A stretch of DNA of 55,467 nucleotides from the IMG/VR virus record IMGVR_UViG_3300027732_000027, positions 1 through 55,467 of that record. One strand, written 5' to 3'. The notes below the pieces were generated by a model, which was given only the letters and a program-made list of their open reading frames with translations, made no database searches and was not told where the DNA came from. How positions within the stretch are numbered: the stretch's first letter is position 1; every line of letters starts with the position of its first letter. Made by a program: the position numbers and the translations under genes. Below, one piece after another: positions 25,333 to 34,275 of the stretch. This DNA comes from a virus (lineage: Duplodnaviria > Caudoviricetes).

Positions 25333-25409
25333 TTCCTAAATAATTACACAGTGGGTTGGTGGATCCCAATAAAACCATCTTTTTTAACACACACACAAAG
25401 GAGAAAATT

Positions 25410-25691
25410 ATGGCAAACCTTACGCCATTTGAAATCCGTCTTGAACTTCTCAAGATGGCAAAAGACATGCTTAACGATGAGTACTACGGTAAGCGTGAAC
25501 AAATTAGCAACGACTGGCAAGTGAAAGTCGAATCTGCTAAAATCAATGGAGGCACAATTCCTGATCATCCAGGATTCCCTGCTATCCCAACAGAGACTGA
25601 AATCATTGCAAAGGCATCTGCCCTGAATGGTTTTGTTTCTAACATTCCCCACCAAGAAACAAAGACTATTATTAGCAAAAAGTCCACCTGA
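25410..25691 (+). CDS. Conserved T4-like phage hypothetical protein
   Basis: PFEIRLELLKMAK...II.KA..LN.FVS; AAGGAG RBS. Confidence 0.8.
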   Translation: MANLTPFEIRLELLKMAKDMLNDEYYGKREQISNDWQVKVESAKINGGTIPDHPGFPAIPTETEIIAKASALNGFVSNIPHQETKTIISKKST

Positions 25692-25700
25692 TAGGGAACT

Positions 25701-25732
25701 GGATTGCAGGGTTCACACACTCTGCAATCCTT
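25701..25732 (+). terminator. Strong stem-loop (terminator or processing site)
   Basis: GGATTGCAGGGT / ACTCTGCAATCC; weak T tract. Confidence 0.55.
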
Positions 25733-25753
25733 AACTGTTTTAAGGAGATCAAT

Positions 25754-26266
25754 ATGCATAAACGACTATACAGTTTAGCAGTTATATTTTTAATAAGCAT
25801 TACAATATTATTAAATACAGAGTTAACAAAAGAAAAGATTATCGGCGTAACGTATACACAATTAACATCAGAAGCTAGAATACAGGTTGACTGTCTAGCA
25901 GAAAACATTTATTATGAAGCAGGTTTTGAACCGAGAGATGGAAAAATTGCGGTTGCCATGGTTACATTGAACCGAGTGCAAAACCCACAGTTCCCAAAAG
26001 ATATTTGCTCTGTAGTAAAACAAAAGACAAAATCAACTTGTCAGTTCTCTTGGTTCTGCGAACACAACAAAACAATACAGAATAACTCAGCATACTTACA
26101 AGCAAGAGAAATTGCATTAATGGTATATGCTAACTATGAAAAGATGTATGATGTGACAGAAGGTGCTTTATTTTATCATGCGGATTATGTTAATCCAAGA
26201 TGGAAACTTGAACGAACTACCGTAATTGGTAGACATATTTTTTACAAACAGAAAGATGATTTCTAA
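25754..26266 (+). CDS. Cell wall hydrolase (SleB / Hydrolase_2)
   Basis: CLAENIYYEA, V.LNRV, IC.VV.Q, CQFSW, FYHADYV.P.W, IG.HIFY. Confidence 0.92.
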   Translation: MHKRLYSLAVIFLISITILLNTELTKEKIIGVTYTQLTSEARIQVDCLAENIYYEAGFEPRDGKIAVAMVTLNRVQNPQFPKDICSVVKQKTKSTCQFSWFCEHNKTIQNNSAYLQAREIALMVYANYEKMYDVTEGALFYHADYVNPRWKLERTTVIGRHIFYKQKDDF

Positions 26267-26830
26267 ATGATGAATAAACTAAACATTCAACTCAAAGATG
26301 GTGGTGACGACTCTGCGCATTCGTTTTACCTTTTGATGGAAGAAGTAACATTGCAGTCAGCAAAGACATTGGTTGAATGGATTTTTGAAGCAAACTTCGC
26401 TGAAGAGCGACCAGACTTATTGAATCTCATCATCTGTTCTCCAGGTGGTGATTTAAATGCAGCGTTTGCAGTGATTGACACTATGAAGGGTTCAGCAATT
26501 CCTATTCGCACCATTGGCTTAGGACAGATCGCATCAGCTGGACTCATGATTTTTATCGCTGGTGACAAAGGGCATCGTATTCTTACACCAAATACATCTA
26601 TACTGTCACATCAGTATTCTTGGGGTGCTTTTGGTAAGGAACACGAGTTATTTGCAACGGTAAAAGAGTTTGACTTAACCACCAAGAAAATGATCCACCA
26701 CTATAAAAAGTGTTCTGGGTTATCTGATGCAAAGATCCGTGAGGTTCTTTTGCCACCACAGGATATTTGGTTAAGTCCCTCTGAAGCCAAAAAATTAGGA
26801 CTATGCGATGAAGTTAAAGAACTTTCTTAA
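26267..26830 (+). CDS. clpP: ClpP-like serine protease
   Basis: SPGG, IASAG (Ser), SHQ (His), QDIWLSP.EA..LGL.D (Asp). Confidence 0.9.
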   Translation: MMNKLNIQLKDGGDDSAHSFYLLMEEVTLQSAKTLVEWIFEANFAEERPDLLNLIICSPGGDLNAAFAVIDTMKGSAIPIRTIGLGQIASAGLMIFIAGDKGHRILTPNTSILSHQYSWGAFGKEHELFATVKEFDLTTKKMIHHYKKCSGLSDAKIREVLLPPQDIWLSPSEAKKLGLCDEVKELS

Positions 26831-26999
26831 TTATGTAAAATTCTCTGGTGTATGGGTTGGATTTGTTTTAAATCCTTACCACTGGGAATTTCGAGTAGAA
26901 AAAACTGGACCAACAGATACGGATCCTCATGGATATATGGGATCTGTTTATTTTGGACCAGTTTGGGTTAAGGCTGTCTTAGATGATGGTTCTTGGTAA
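26808..26999 (+). CDS. Hypothetical protein
   Basis: Overlapping small ORF, AGGA RBS. Confidence 0.65.
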   Translation: MKLKNFLNYVKFSGVWVGFVLNPYHWEFRVEKTGPTDTDPHGYMGSVYFGPVWVKAVLDDGSW

Positions 27000-27015
27000 A
27001 TTAAAGGAGATTATT

Positions 27016-27255
27016 ATGAATGATAATGTTTTTACTGGATGTGTCACTCTTGCAATAGTGACACTAATTGGATCTATTACTTTTTATAGTTATAGTGAGT
27101 TGAAGTCTGTAGAGAGAAATGTAGAATCAGCGATTGTAAAGGGAATTGATCCTGTTGCAGTTCGTTGTGCCTATGCAAACCAGTCAGATGTGGTTTGTGT
27201 AGCTTATGCAGCTTCTCATCAACAAGGGGTTTCCACTCCAAAACCCTCTAAGTAA
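27016..27255 (+). CDS. Small membrane-anchored protein
   Basis: AAGGAG RBS; TM segment; GIDP.AVRCAY. Confidence 0.75.
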   Translation: MNDNVFTGCVTLAIVTLIGSITFYSYSELKSVERNVESAIVKGIDPVAVRCAYANQSDVVCVAYAASHQQGVSTPKPSK

Positions 27256-27302
27256 GTAGTTGCTTACTATTCAACCCTCTAGGATACATGTGTTCTAGGG
27301 GG

Positions 27303-27331
27303 TTGTCTTTAATTCAGAATTAGGGTATAAT
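27303..27331 (+). promoter_or_regulatory. Sigma70-like promoter with TTAATTC box (leaderless)
   Basis: TTGTCT-TTAATTC-N10-TATAAT; ATG 7 nt downstream. Confidence 0.8.
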
Positions 27332-27337
27332 TATGTT

Positions 27338-27685
27338 ATGCAAATGCTACATACATCCCTTGGAAAATCTAAGAAAAAGAAACCTACTGCAAAACAACGA
27401 GAGTTGAATGCATCGTGGGAAGCCATGCTAAAGAAGTATAACACAAAGAAGATTGTGACACCAAAGCAATCCCTCAGTGATGTATACTCGCTCGGAACAC
27501 CTGCTTGTCGTGAGACACCTAAGCATCCGAGTCTTCCATTTACTGGTGGTGCATGTCCACTGAAACCAAATCCAGTTTACACTGGCGATAAGATCAAAGG
27601 TATTGGCACCATGCATAAGTCTAATGCAGTTCCAGTCTTTTCTGATCAAGAAGCAAGAGATATTGCAACTATGAGGAGAGGTTAA
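27338..27685 (+). CDS. Conserved T4-like basic hypothetical protein
   Basis: YTG..GIGTMHKSNAVPV...MRR motif. Confidence 0.8.
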   Translation: MQMLHTSLGKSKKKKPTAKQRELNASWEAMLKKYNTKKIVTPKQSLSDVYSLGTPACRETPKHPSLPFTGGACPLKPNPVYTGDKIKGIGTMHKSNAVPVFSDQEARDIATMRRG

Positions 27686-27876
27686 TGAAATACATTATGA
27701 AAATTAGACTGCGCAAAGATGGAACATGGGAACATGTTTATGATGAACTTGAGAATGCACTAGATGAACTAGTTAAACTTTCATATATGGCAACTGATTA
27801 TTTGGAGCAAGCAGTACAATCATCTGGATATAAAGATGCAAAACTGGTAATTGATCACATTAGGGGATTGAAATGA
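27685..27876 (+). CDS. Hypothetical protein
   Basis: Coupled ORF. Confidence 0.65.
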   Translation: MKYIMKIRLRKDGTWEHVYDELENALDELVKLSYMATDYLEQAVQSSGYKDAKLVIDHIRGLK

Positions 27877-28061
27877 GTGAATTTTGTGTAAGATGTTCTG
27901 AGAAAGAATCAGAGATTGAAATTCTTCGTAAACGATATCATGAAGAACTGCAATGTATGAAAGCACAGATTGAGAACTTGCGAAATGAGAATGATGCACT
28001 AATTATGGATGTTGCATTCTATGGTGGCAGTATGATTAATTTGTCTTGCAATAATAAATAG
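27873..28061 (+). CDS. Hypothetical coiled-coil protein
   Basis: Coupled ORF with CxxC. Confidence 0.65.
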   Translation: MSEFCVRCSEKESEIEILRKRYHEELQCMKAQIENLRNENDALIMDVAFYGGSMINLSCNNK

Positions 28062-28106
28062 AGTATAATAGAGTAATCTATTCAACTTGTTAACATAAGG
28101 AAAGAT

Positions 28107-28418
28107 ATGAAAATCAGACAAAAGGTACAGCACTTTGATGCATTAAATTTGGCAAAGCAAAGACTTGAGCAATTTATCTCTAATATTACAGCAAAGAATT
28201 CTTCTATTTTAGATTATGATGAAAACCATACATCTGAAGAAACTGATCATGAAGAAGTGGTTGCTTCAAGAAAAATTCTATTAGATATTATTGATTCGAA
28301 AAAAGCAGAAGTGCAAAAAATTGCTAAAGAATTAAAAGATTTGTCTTACTATTTCAAAACAGCTAGTATTAATTTAGATCGATACAGAAGCACCAATGAA
28401 GATTTTAACGAAGAGTGA
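28107..28418 (+). CDS. Hypothetical protein
   Basis: AAGGA RBS; promoter TTGTCT-17-TATAAT at 28041-28069. Confidence 0.7.
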   Translation: MKIRQKVQHFDALNLAKQRLEQFISNITAKNSSILDYDENHTSEETDHEEVVASRKILLDIIDSKKAEVQKIAKELKDLSYYFKTASINLDRYRSTNEDFNEE

Positions 28419-28422
28419 TAAC

Positions 28423-28647
28423 ATGAACGCTACCTTATATGATAAAAAGTCCAACCTTGTTTTAGAGAAAATGAAAATGGATAAATTCTTTTCTTTATTC
28501 TTAGATAAGTTTGGTGGTAAAATGGATCCTAGTAAACCAGATACTCCAATCTGGAAACTTTATAAAGTTAAATTAAATGAATACGAAAGTCTCAGTCAAG
28601 AAATTAGAAACACCGAATATTGGATATCTAAAGAACGACATGTTTAA
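28423..28647 (+). CDS. Hypothetical protein
   Basis: ORF upstream of gp33. Confidence 0.7.
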   Translation: MNATLYDKKSNLVLEKMKMDKFFSLFLDKFGGKMDPSKPDTPIWKLYKVKLNEYESLSQEIRNTEYWISKERHV

Positions 28648-28855
28648 AACATCTAATGAGTTTTCTTTGTATATTGAACAAATGGTCCAAGATAAAAAGA
28701 TAAACTATATGGATGCTATTCTTGAGTATTGTGAAGAGAATTATCTTGAACCCCAAGATATCGCTAAGTTAGTTAACAAGTCGCTCAAAGATAAAGTCGA
28801 AATGAATTTTCGTGAATTAAACTACTTACCTAAACAAGCACAACTAGATGTATAA
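28640..28855 (+). CDS. gp33: Late promoter transcription coactivator (T4 gp33-like)
   Basis: FS..IE..V....YMDAIL.YCE...LKDK.E....LNYL; synteny with gp59 and gp32. Confidence 0.88.
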   Translation: MFKTSNEFSLYIEQMVQDKKINYMDAILEYCEENYLEPQDIAKLVNKSLKDKVEMNFRELNYLPKQAQLDV

Positions 28856-29466
28856 TGGATGGATATAAAGCATATCGTTATTACTTAGCAATTAAACTAC
28901 ACTTTACCACAGACAAGTTCAATGTTTTTGAAAACAGAGGTAATGTCCGTGGCACTCGTGAAGCATTTAATGCTCGTAATGATAGATACATATTTGAAAA
29001 ATTAGCAAACAAGTATTCTGATGATAAAGAGATCATACAGTTTTTTGTTTCTAATTTTGCATATGGAAATGATACTGCAATATATGCAGGGCGAGAAGCA
29101 GAAGATAACTTCTTACTTTGGAATAAAAGAAAACAAAGTATAACAAAAGTATTTGTAGATGATTTGGCTATATTGCTAACATATATTGAAGTAAACAAAT
29201 TGAATAACCAGTCGCTTTTTAATTTTAATCAGGATGAATATCCTATTATACTAAAACTGTTTATTGGTGGTAAGATTACAATAGAAACTCTAAAGATCAT
29301 AGATGACTGTACTGATATTATCGATGAATGGAATCAAAATGCATCTGTAAAATACATATGGGATAACGAAATAAGAAGAATAAAAAAGTTGACTGGATTC
29401 GTGAAATACGATAAGATTAAGATTAACAGAATCTTTGATGCGTTCAAAGAAGAACTTAAAGAGTGA
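28855..29466 (+). CDS. gp59: Helicase loader (T4 gp59-like)
   Basis: Y..YLAIKLHFT, F..R.D.Y.FEKL, I.IET. Confidence 0.9.
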   Translation: MDGYKAYRYYLAIKLHFTTDKFNVFENRGNVRGTREAFNARNDRYIFEKLANKYSDDKEIIQFFVSNFAYGNDTAIYAGREAEDNFLLWNKRKQSITKVFVDDLAILLTYIEVNKLNNQSLFNFNQDEYPIILKLFIGGKITIETLKIIDDCTDIIDEWNQNASVKYIWDNEIRRIKKLTGFVKYDKIKINRIFDAFKEELKE

Positions 29467-29479
29467 AGAAGTAAAGAAC

Positions 29480-29680
29480 ATGGGAAAGACCTATAAGAAA
29501 CTACCGAAGAGAAATAGGTATGACGATGAGTCCAGTTTGCGATCTGGGCGTGGTAGTATGAAAACGCTAAATAGTTATGTTGATGAAGACTATGATTTAG
29601 ATGATGACTCATTTGACGATGAGATTGAGATTAGTGATGATATTCAGATTCAACATATACAAAACGATAATACAAATTAA
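29480..29680 (+). CDS. Small protein, basic N-terminus and acidic C-terminus
   Basis: ORF between gp59 and gp32. Confidence 0.65.
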   Translation: MGKTYKKLPKRNRYDDESSLRSGRGSMKTLNSYVDEDYDLDDDSFDDEIEISDDIQIQHIQNDNTN

Positions 29681-29704
29681 TACTTTTAATACAAAGGAAA
29701 TACG

Positions 29705-30616
29705 ATGGATATTCAATCTCTACGCAAAATGCGCAACTCTGACTTTGGTGCAATCTCAAATGCATTCGAAAAAGTCGCAAACCCTCAATCCGAACAAAAG
29801 TCTTTTACAGACGATCGCTTTTGGCGACTCGAAGGTGACAAGGCTGGTAACGGAACAGCAACACTACGATTCCTACCTCGTGTAGAAGGTGATGAACTCC
29901 CATGGGTTCGAATCTTTTCACATGGCTTCCAAGGTCCAACTGGAAAATGGTATATCGAAAACTCACTAACAACTCTTGGTGAAAACGATCCAGTCGGTGA
30001 ATTGAACACCACTCTTTGGAACTCTGGTTCTGAAGCAAACAAAGAGATCGCTCGTAAACAAAAGCGTCGCCTAAGTTTCACTGCCAATATTTTGGTTGTG
30101 TCTGACCCAAAGCATCCTGAGAATGAAGGTAAAGTGTTCTTGTGGAAATTTGGTAAGAAAATCTTTGATAAGATTATGGACAAGGCTCGTCCAACCTTTG
30201 AAGATGAAAAGCCAGTCAATGTCTTTGACTTCTGGGAAGGTGCAAACTTCAAACTTCGTATGCGTAAGAAAGATGGTTACGCTAACTATGATGAGTCTGC
30301 ATTTATGGAACCAGCAGCAATTGCTAATGATGATGAATCTATTCTTCACATTGCAAAGTCTCAGGTTAAGTTGTCTGAGTTTACTGATCGTAAGAACTTC
30401 AAGTCTTATGATGAGTTGAAGAAGAAACTAAATGAAGTTTTGTCTGGTGATTCTTTTGCTAGCAAGTCTGCTGCACAGATCGCTGAAGATGAAGATCGTC
30501 CTGTAGCACAAGCACCAAAGATTGCATCTAAACCTGCGCCAGCACCTAAAAATGTTGTCGAAGATGACGATGAGGATGTGATGTCTTACTTTCAGAAGAT
30601 TGCTAAAGAAGACTAA
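29705..30616 (+). CDS. gp32: Single-stranded DNA-binding protein (T4 gp32-like)
   Basis: DDRFW, GNG.A.LRFLP, HGFQGP.G.WYIENSLTT, GANFKL, acidic tail. Confidence 0.97.
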   Translation: MDIQSLRKMRNSDFGAISNAFEKVANPQSEQKSFTDDRFWRLEGDKAGNGTATLRFLPRVEGDELPWVRIFSHGFQGPTGKWYIENSLTTLGENDPVGELNTTLWNSGSEANKEIARKQKRRLSFTANILVVSDPKHPENEGKVFLWKFGKKIFDKIMDKARPTFEDEKPVNVFDFWEGANFKLRMRKKDGYANYDESAFMEPAAIANDDESILHIAKSQVKLSEFTDRKNFKSYDELKKKLNEVLSGDSFASKSAAQIAEDEDRPVAQAPKIASKPAPAPKNVVEDDDEDVMSYFQKIAKED

Positions 30617-30646
30617 TTAACGGAACCACTTATGTGGTATTCGCTG

Positions 30647-30672
30647 GGGCTACCTTTTTGGTAGCCCTTTTT
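30647..30672 (+). terminator. Rho-independent terminator at the convergent junction
   Basis: GGGCTACC-TTTTT-GGTAGCCC-TTTTT. Confidence 0.85.
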
Positions 30673-30676
30673 GTTT

Positions 30677-33382
30677 TTAGAAAGCGTATCTGCTATCCAG
30701 ATACTTTGATTGCGAAGATTCTTGATTTCTAATTGGTGATTTAATTAGTTGAGTTTGATTACTTGTGTTGTTAATCGTTGGCGCAACTACTGCAGTATTA
30801 CCACCACTAGATGATTTCATAGAATCCATTTTTGCTTGTTCATTTTCAGTAGATTTTTTAGATAGTATGTCACCATCTACACCACTCTGAGCACCTCCCA
30901 TGACAGGAGCAGCTGCGATACCTTTTTGCTTATCATACTGTCGCATGACACGTGCGCTATAGTTTGTGCCTCCAGCAATAGCACTACTCATAACTGCTAA
31001 TTGTTTCTTAGAGAGTTCCTGTCCAACAGTCCAAGGCTCACCAGCAATCATTGATGATGTTTGTCCACGTGCAACAGGTGCTGCTTGTACTGGAGCAGTA
31101 CCACCCTCAGCTTGAGCCAATTCTTTATCGAAGGCTGCAGTGTTTCTTGCTGATATTTGTTCTTTCGTTAAATTAGCACCACCAATGGCACCACCAAGCA
31201 AACCACCTCCTGCGCTAATAGGTTTTGATGTAACTGGTACAGATTCGACTGGGATCTTATCTGGAAGACCATCAGCCATTTTAGAATCAATCGCACGTTC
31301 TTTTACCTGTCGTGCTGTTAATGTCTCACGTTTCGATACCTTCGTGACACCTAAGTCATATGCACCAGTACTTTGAGTTCCACCATCAGCACGTGTTTCT
31401 ATTTTAAGAGACATTGGTCCCTGATCCAAGTTACTAACTTTAGAACCATCAGCACGTTTCTCTTCAGAAAACCCATTAAATCCTGGAGTTCTTTCAGAAA
31501 TCAATTTACCATCTTTATCGAAAGTTTTGGTACCACCACCATCTTGAACAATTTTGGTACCATCAGATTTAAAAGTTGATTTGCTGCCATCACCATTATC
31601 AACAACCTTATCACCCATACCAAACATTCCAAGCACACTATTTTTAGCACTACTAAATGCATTACCAACTTTTGTAAGAGAACCACCAGTGTTTCTGTCA
31701 ACAAAATCTGATACGTTTGCTGTAACATTAAAAGCCGTATCACTGATTTTATTTTTAGCTCGTAGCAATCCTTCGCCAGCATCTCCAGCCATACGTGATG
31801 CTCCATCATAAAATTTACTTGCTGTGCTTGATACACCATCATATAATTTACCTGCTTTGTCTTTTGCACCATCATATAAGTTAGAAGCACCTTCTTTAAC
31901 TGACTTATACGCTTTTGGTACATAGTTCATCACTTGTCCAGTCTTTTCACCAAGATAGTCTCCAGCTTTACCACCAAGATAAGATCCACCGATACCACCA
32001 ATGGCACCACCAAGCAAACCACCAATAGCAGTTCCTACAACAGGAACAACTGAACCAAGTGCAGCACCTAACGCTGCACCTTTTAGTGCACCAGCTGCAC
32101 CACCAATTGCCATACCTGAACCTTTACCAACAGATTTACTTTTGCCTATAGTTGCAGTATCTCCAGTTTGTTCTTTTTGTGTAGCAGCTTGTTCTTTTGT
32201 TATCTTTCCTGAAGCAAGGTCAGCATCAGTTTGTGCATTTTCAGTATCTTGTTTATCTCCAGCAGCTTGGTATCCTTTGTATCCTGTATAAACACCTGCT
32301 GCTACTGCAGTACCAGCCATCAATAACGGATTTCTTCCAATAAATTTAGCAGCAGTAAGCGCACCTTTACCCAAGAAACTTCCTGCTGCTTTTACACCAG
32401 TAGCTGCTGCTTTTACACCACCCAATACCTTTCCACCAACACCACCCATACCAAGCATATCCATAAGACCCATACCACCACCAGCTTGGGGTGGTACTGG
32501 AGGACCAGCTTTAGCCTTACCATCGCCACCACCTCTAGTGTTTTCTTCGATCTGAATAAGTAACGAAGTTTGTTCAGCAACCATTTTGTTTTGTTCAAGC
32601 ATGGCTTCTTCGCCACCAGCTGCTGTTGCACTAGTCTTAGACTTAGACTTGAATGGTAATACGTTTTCTTCTGTGCTTGTACTTCCTGATTCAGTATTTT
32701 GTGGTCTAGCATCAGGTGCTACTTTAGCATATTGAGCAGCTAAGTTTTCTCTGGTTTTTAAAAAGCCACCACGTTTTAAACCAACATCAGTTGCACCACT
32801 GGCTTGCAATTCTTTGATCTGTTTTTCATTTTTATTGATTTCAGATTCAATTCTTTTTTGTTCATCAAACTGTTTTGCGAAAGTTTCTTTCGAACCAAAT
32901 GTTGTACCTTTGGTTTTCATTCGCTGATCAACATATTTCTTTTTAGCTTCGCCACGATCTAGATACTCAGAAACTAAACCACCACTACCACGTTTAGCGA
33001 TTCCAGTTTTATCTAAAAAACCTCGCATACTAAAAAAGTCTTTAACATTTGCTTTAAAACCTTCTACACGTGGTTTTAAAGTATTAAATTGTTTCTTACC
33101 CATTGCATTAGTAGTAATATCTCCAACTTGCTGCGTAGAAAGTTTAGTGCTAACTTTAATGCTAGTCTCAATACTTTTGTTTAGCTTTGTTATGTATTGA
33201 GAGAGTTTAATTACGTTACTGTTTAATCCATCACCAGTTTTATCTACAATACTTCTAGCGAGTTTATCATCACCCTTATTTAAATTTGTAGCAACCTTTG
33301 CCTGAGATATTTCTCTGGTTATTGGATTAATAACCGAGTTGCCTGCTGCATTAGATGACTGTTGTGCGAGTAGTTGTTTCAT
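30677..33382 (-). CDS. Tape-measure / baseplate hub protein (gp29-like)
   Basis: 901 aa, helical with Gly/Ala zippers, C-terminal VVAPT.NN; follows gp26 and gp51. Confidence 0.7.
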   Translation of the reverse strand: MKQLLAQQSSNAAGNSVINPITREISQAKVATNLNKGDDKLARSIVDKTGDGLNSNVIKLSQYITKLNKSIETSIKVSTKLSTQQVGDITTNAMGKKQFNTLKPRVEGFKANVKDFFSMRGFLDKTGIAKRGSGGLVSEYLDRGEAKKKYVDQRMKTKGTTFGSKETFAKQFDEQKRIESEINKNEKQIKELQASGATDVGLKRGGFLKTRENLAAQYAKVAPDARPQNTESGSTSTEENVLPFKSKSKTSATAAGGEEAMLEQNKMVAEQTSLLIQIEENTRGGGDGKAKAGPPVPPQAGGGMGLMDMLGMGGVGGKVLGGVKAAATGVKAAGSFLGKGALTAAKFIGRNPLLMAGTAVAAGVYTGYKGYQAAGDKQDTENAQTDADLASGKITKEQAATQKEQTGDTATIGKSKSVGKGSGMAIGGAAGALKGAALGAALGSVVPVVGTAIGGLLGGAIGGIGGSYLGGKAGDYLGEKTGQVMNYVPKAYKSVKEGASNLYDGAKDKAGKLYDGVSSTASKFYDGASRMAGDAGEGLLRAKNKISDTAFNVTANVSDFVDRNTGGSLTKVGNAFSSAKNSVLGMFGMGDKVVDNGDGSKSTFKSDGTKIVQDGGGTKTFDKDGKLISERTPGFNGFSEEKRADGSKVSNLDQGPMSLKIETRADGGTQSTGAYDLGVTKVSKRETLTARQVKERAIDSKMADGLPDKIPVESVPVTSKPISAGGGLLGGAIGGANLTKEQISARNTAAFDKELAQAEGGTAPVQAAPVARGQTSSMIAGEPWTVGQELSKKQLAVMSSAIAGGTNYSARVMRQYDKQKGIAAAPVMGGAQSGVDGDILSKKSTENEQAKMDSMKSSSGGNTAVVAPTINNTSNQTQLIKSPIRNQESSQSKYLDSRYAF

Positions 33383-33558
33383 TTGATATTCTTTAGTCTT
33401 TGTTTTTCTTCTTCTAAGTGACTTAATAGTAAACTAATATAAATGTCTCGTTCATACGGTATCATCTCATCTAACTCATGTAACGAATATTTGTGGTGGT
33501 GCATCAACGCAAAATTCGTTTTATAAAAGTTAGCTGCATCTTCATGGCAAAGGTTCAT
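33379..33558 (-). CDS. gp51: Baseplate hub assembly protein (gp51-like)
   Basis: Translated by hand: YKTNFALMHHHKYSL.ELDEMIPYERDIY. Confidence 0.88.
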   Translation of the reverse strand: MNLCHEDAANFYKTNFALMHHHKYSLHELDEMIPYERDIYISLLLSHLEEEKQRLKNIK

Positions 33559-34274
33559 TAAAAAAAACTGTTAAGTCCCTCTAAAACTTTGTTATGTTCT
33601 TTGGAACACATAGGGCAAGTATAATTAACTCTTTGTCTTAATTTTGGCATCGTCTCAAAAAAAGATTCAATTTTACCAAACTGTTCTGTTGTTAAGTTAT
33701 TAACAAATGTAGTTAATTCTTCTTTGCTTTGTTCATGTGCATGGTAAACTTCTTTGTTATCATAGATGTAATCAATACATTGACATACGATATCAAACAC
33801 CAAATCAATCTCAGAGTCGACACCATATTTTTCTAATGCATTAAGAACATTGATCGATGGATACTTCATCACTATTCCAACATCATTAAATAAACCAATT
33901 TTTGTTTGGTGTGTTGGATCAGTTTCAACTTTTAATTTAGTTAAATCTATACTAATTTTTACTCTTGATTTTTCGTCTGTGCAATCATCACAGCTAAAAA
34001 GTAAATCTACATTCTCACCGACAGATTTGGCACGGATCTGGCTAAAGATGTATTCAAGATCAAAGATAGCTAATTTATCTACATCAATTTTACTTTGAAC
34101 ACAAAGACGAATAACATCTTTAAGTGTATCAGCCATAACATTAATATCTTCACTTTGTTGTGCCAATAATAAAGATTTTTGTTCTTTAATTAGAAATGGA
34201 CGAAACTTAATAGATTCTTGTGTAGAAGGAATTTCAGTTGTATATATTGGGGTGTTTTGTACTGGCAATGCCAT
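33558..34274 (-). CDS. gp26: Baseplate hub subunit (gp26-like)
   Basis: MALP...FRPFL.KE.K, FDLEY.F..IRAKSVGE, FFETMP, LEGL.SFF. Confidence 0.92.
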   Translation of the reverse strand: MALPVQNTPIYTTEIPSTQESIKFRPFLIKEQKSLLLAQQSEDINVMADTLKDVIRLCVQSKIDVDKLAIFDLEYIFSQIRAKSVGENVDLLFSCDDCTDEKSRVKISIDLTKLKVETDPTHQTKIGLFNDVGIVMKYPSINVLNALEKYGVDSEIDLVFDIVCQCIDYIYDNKEVYHAHEQSKEELTTFVNNLTTEQFGKIESFFETMPKLRQRVNYTCPMCSKEHNKVLEGLNSFF

Positions 34275-34275
34275 G

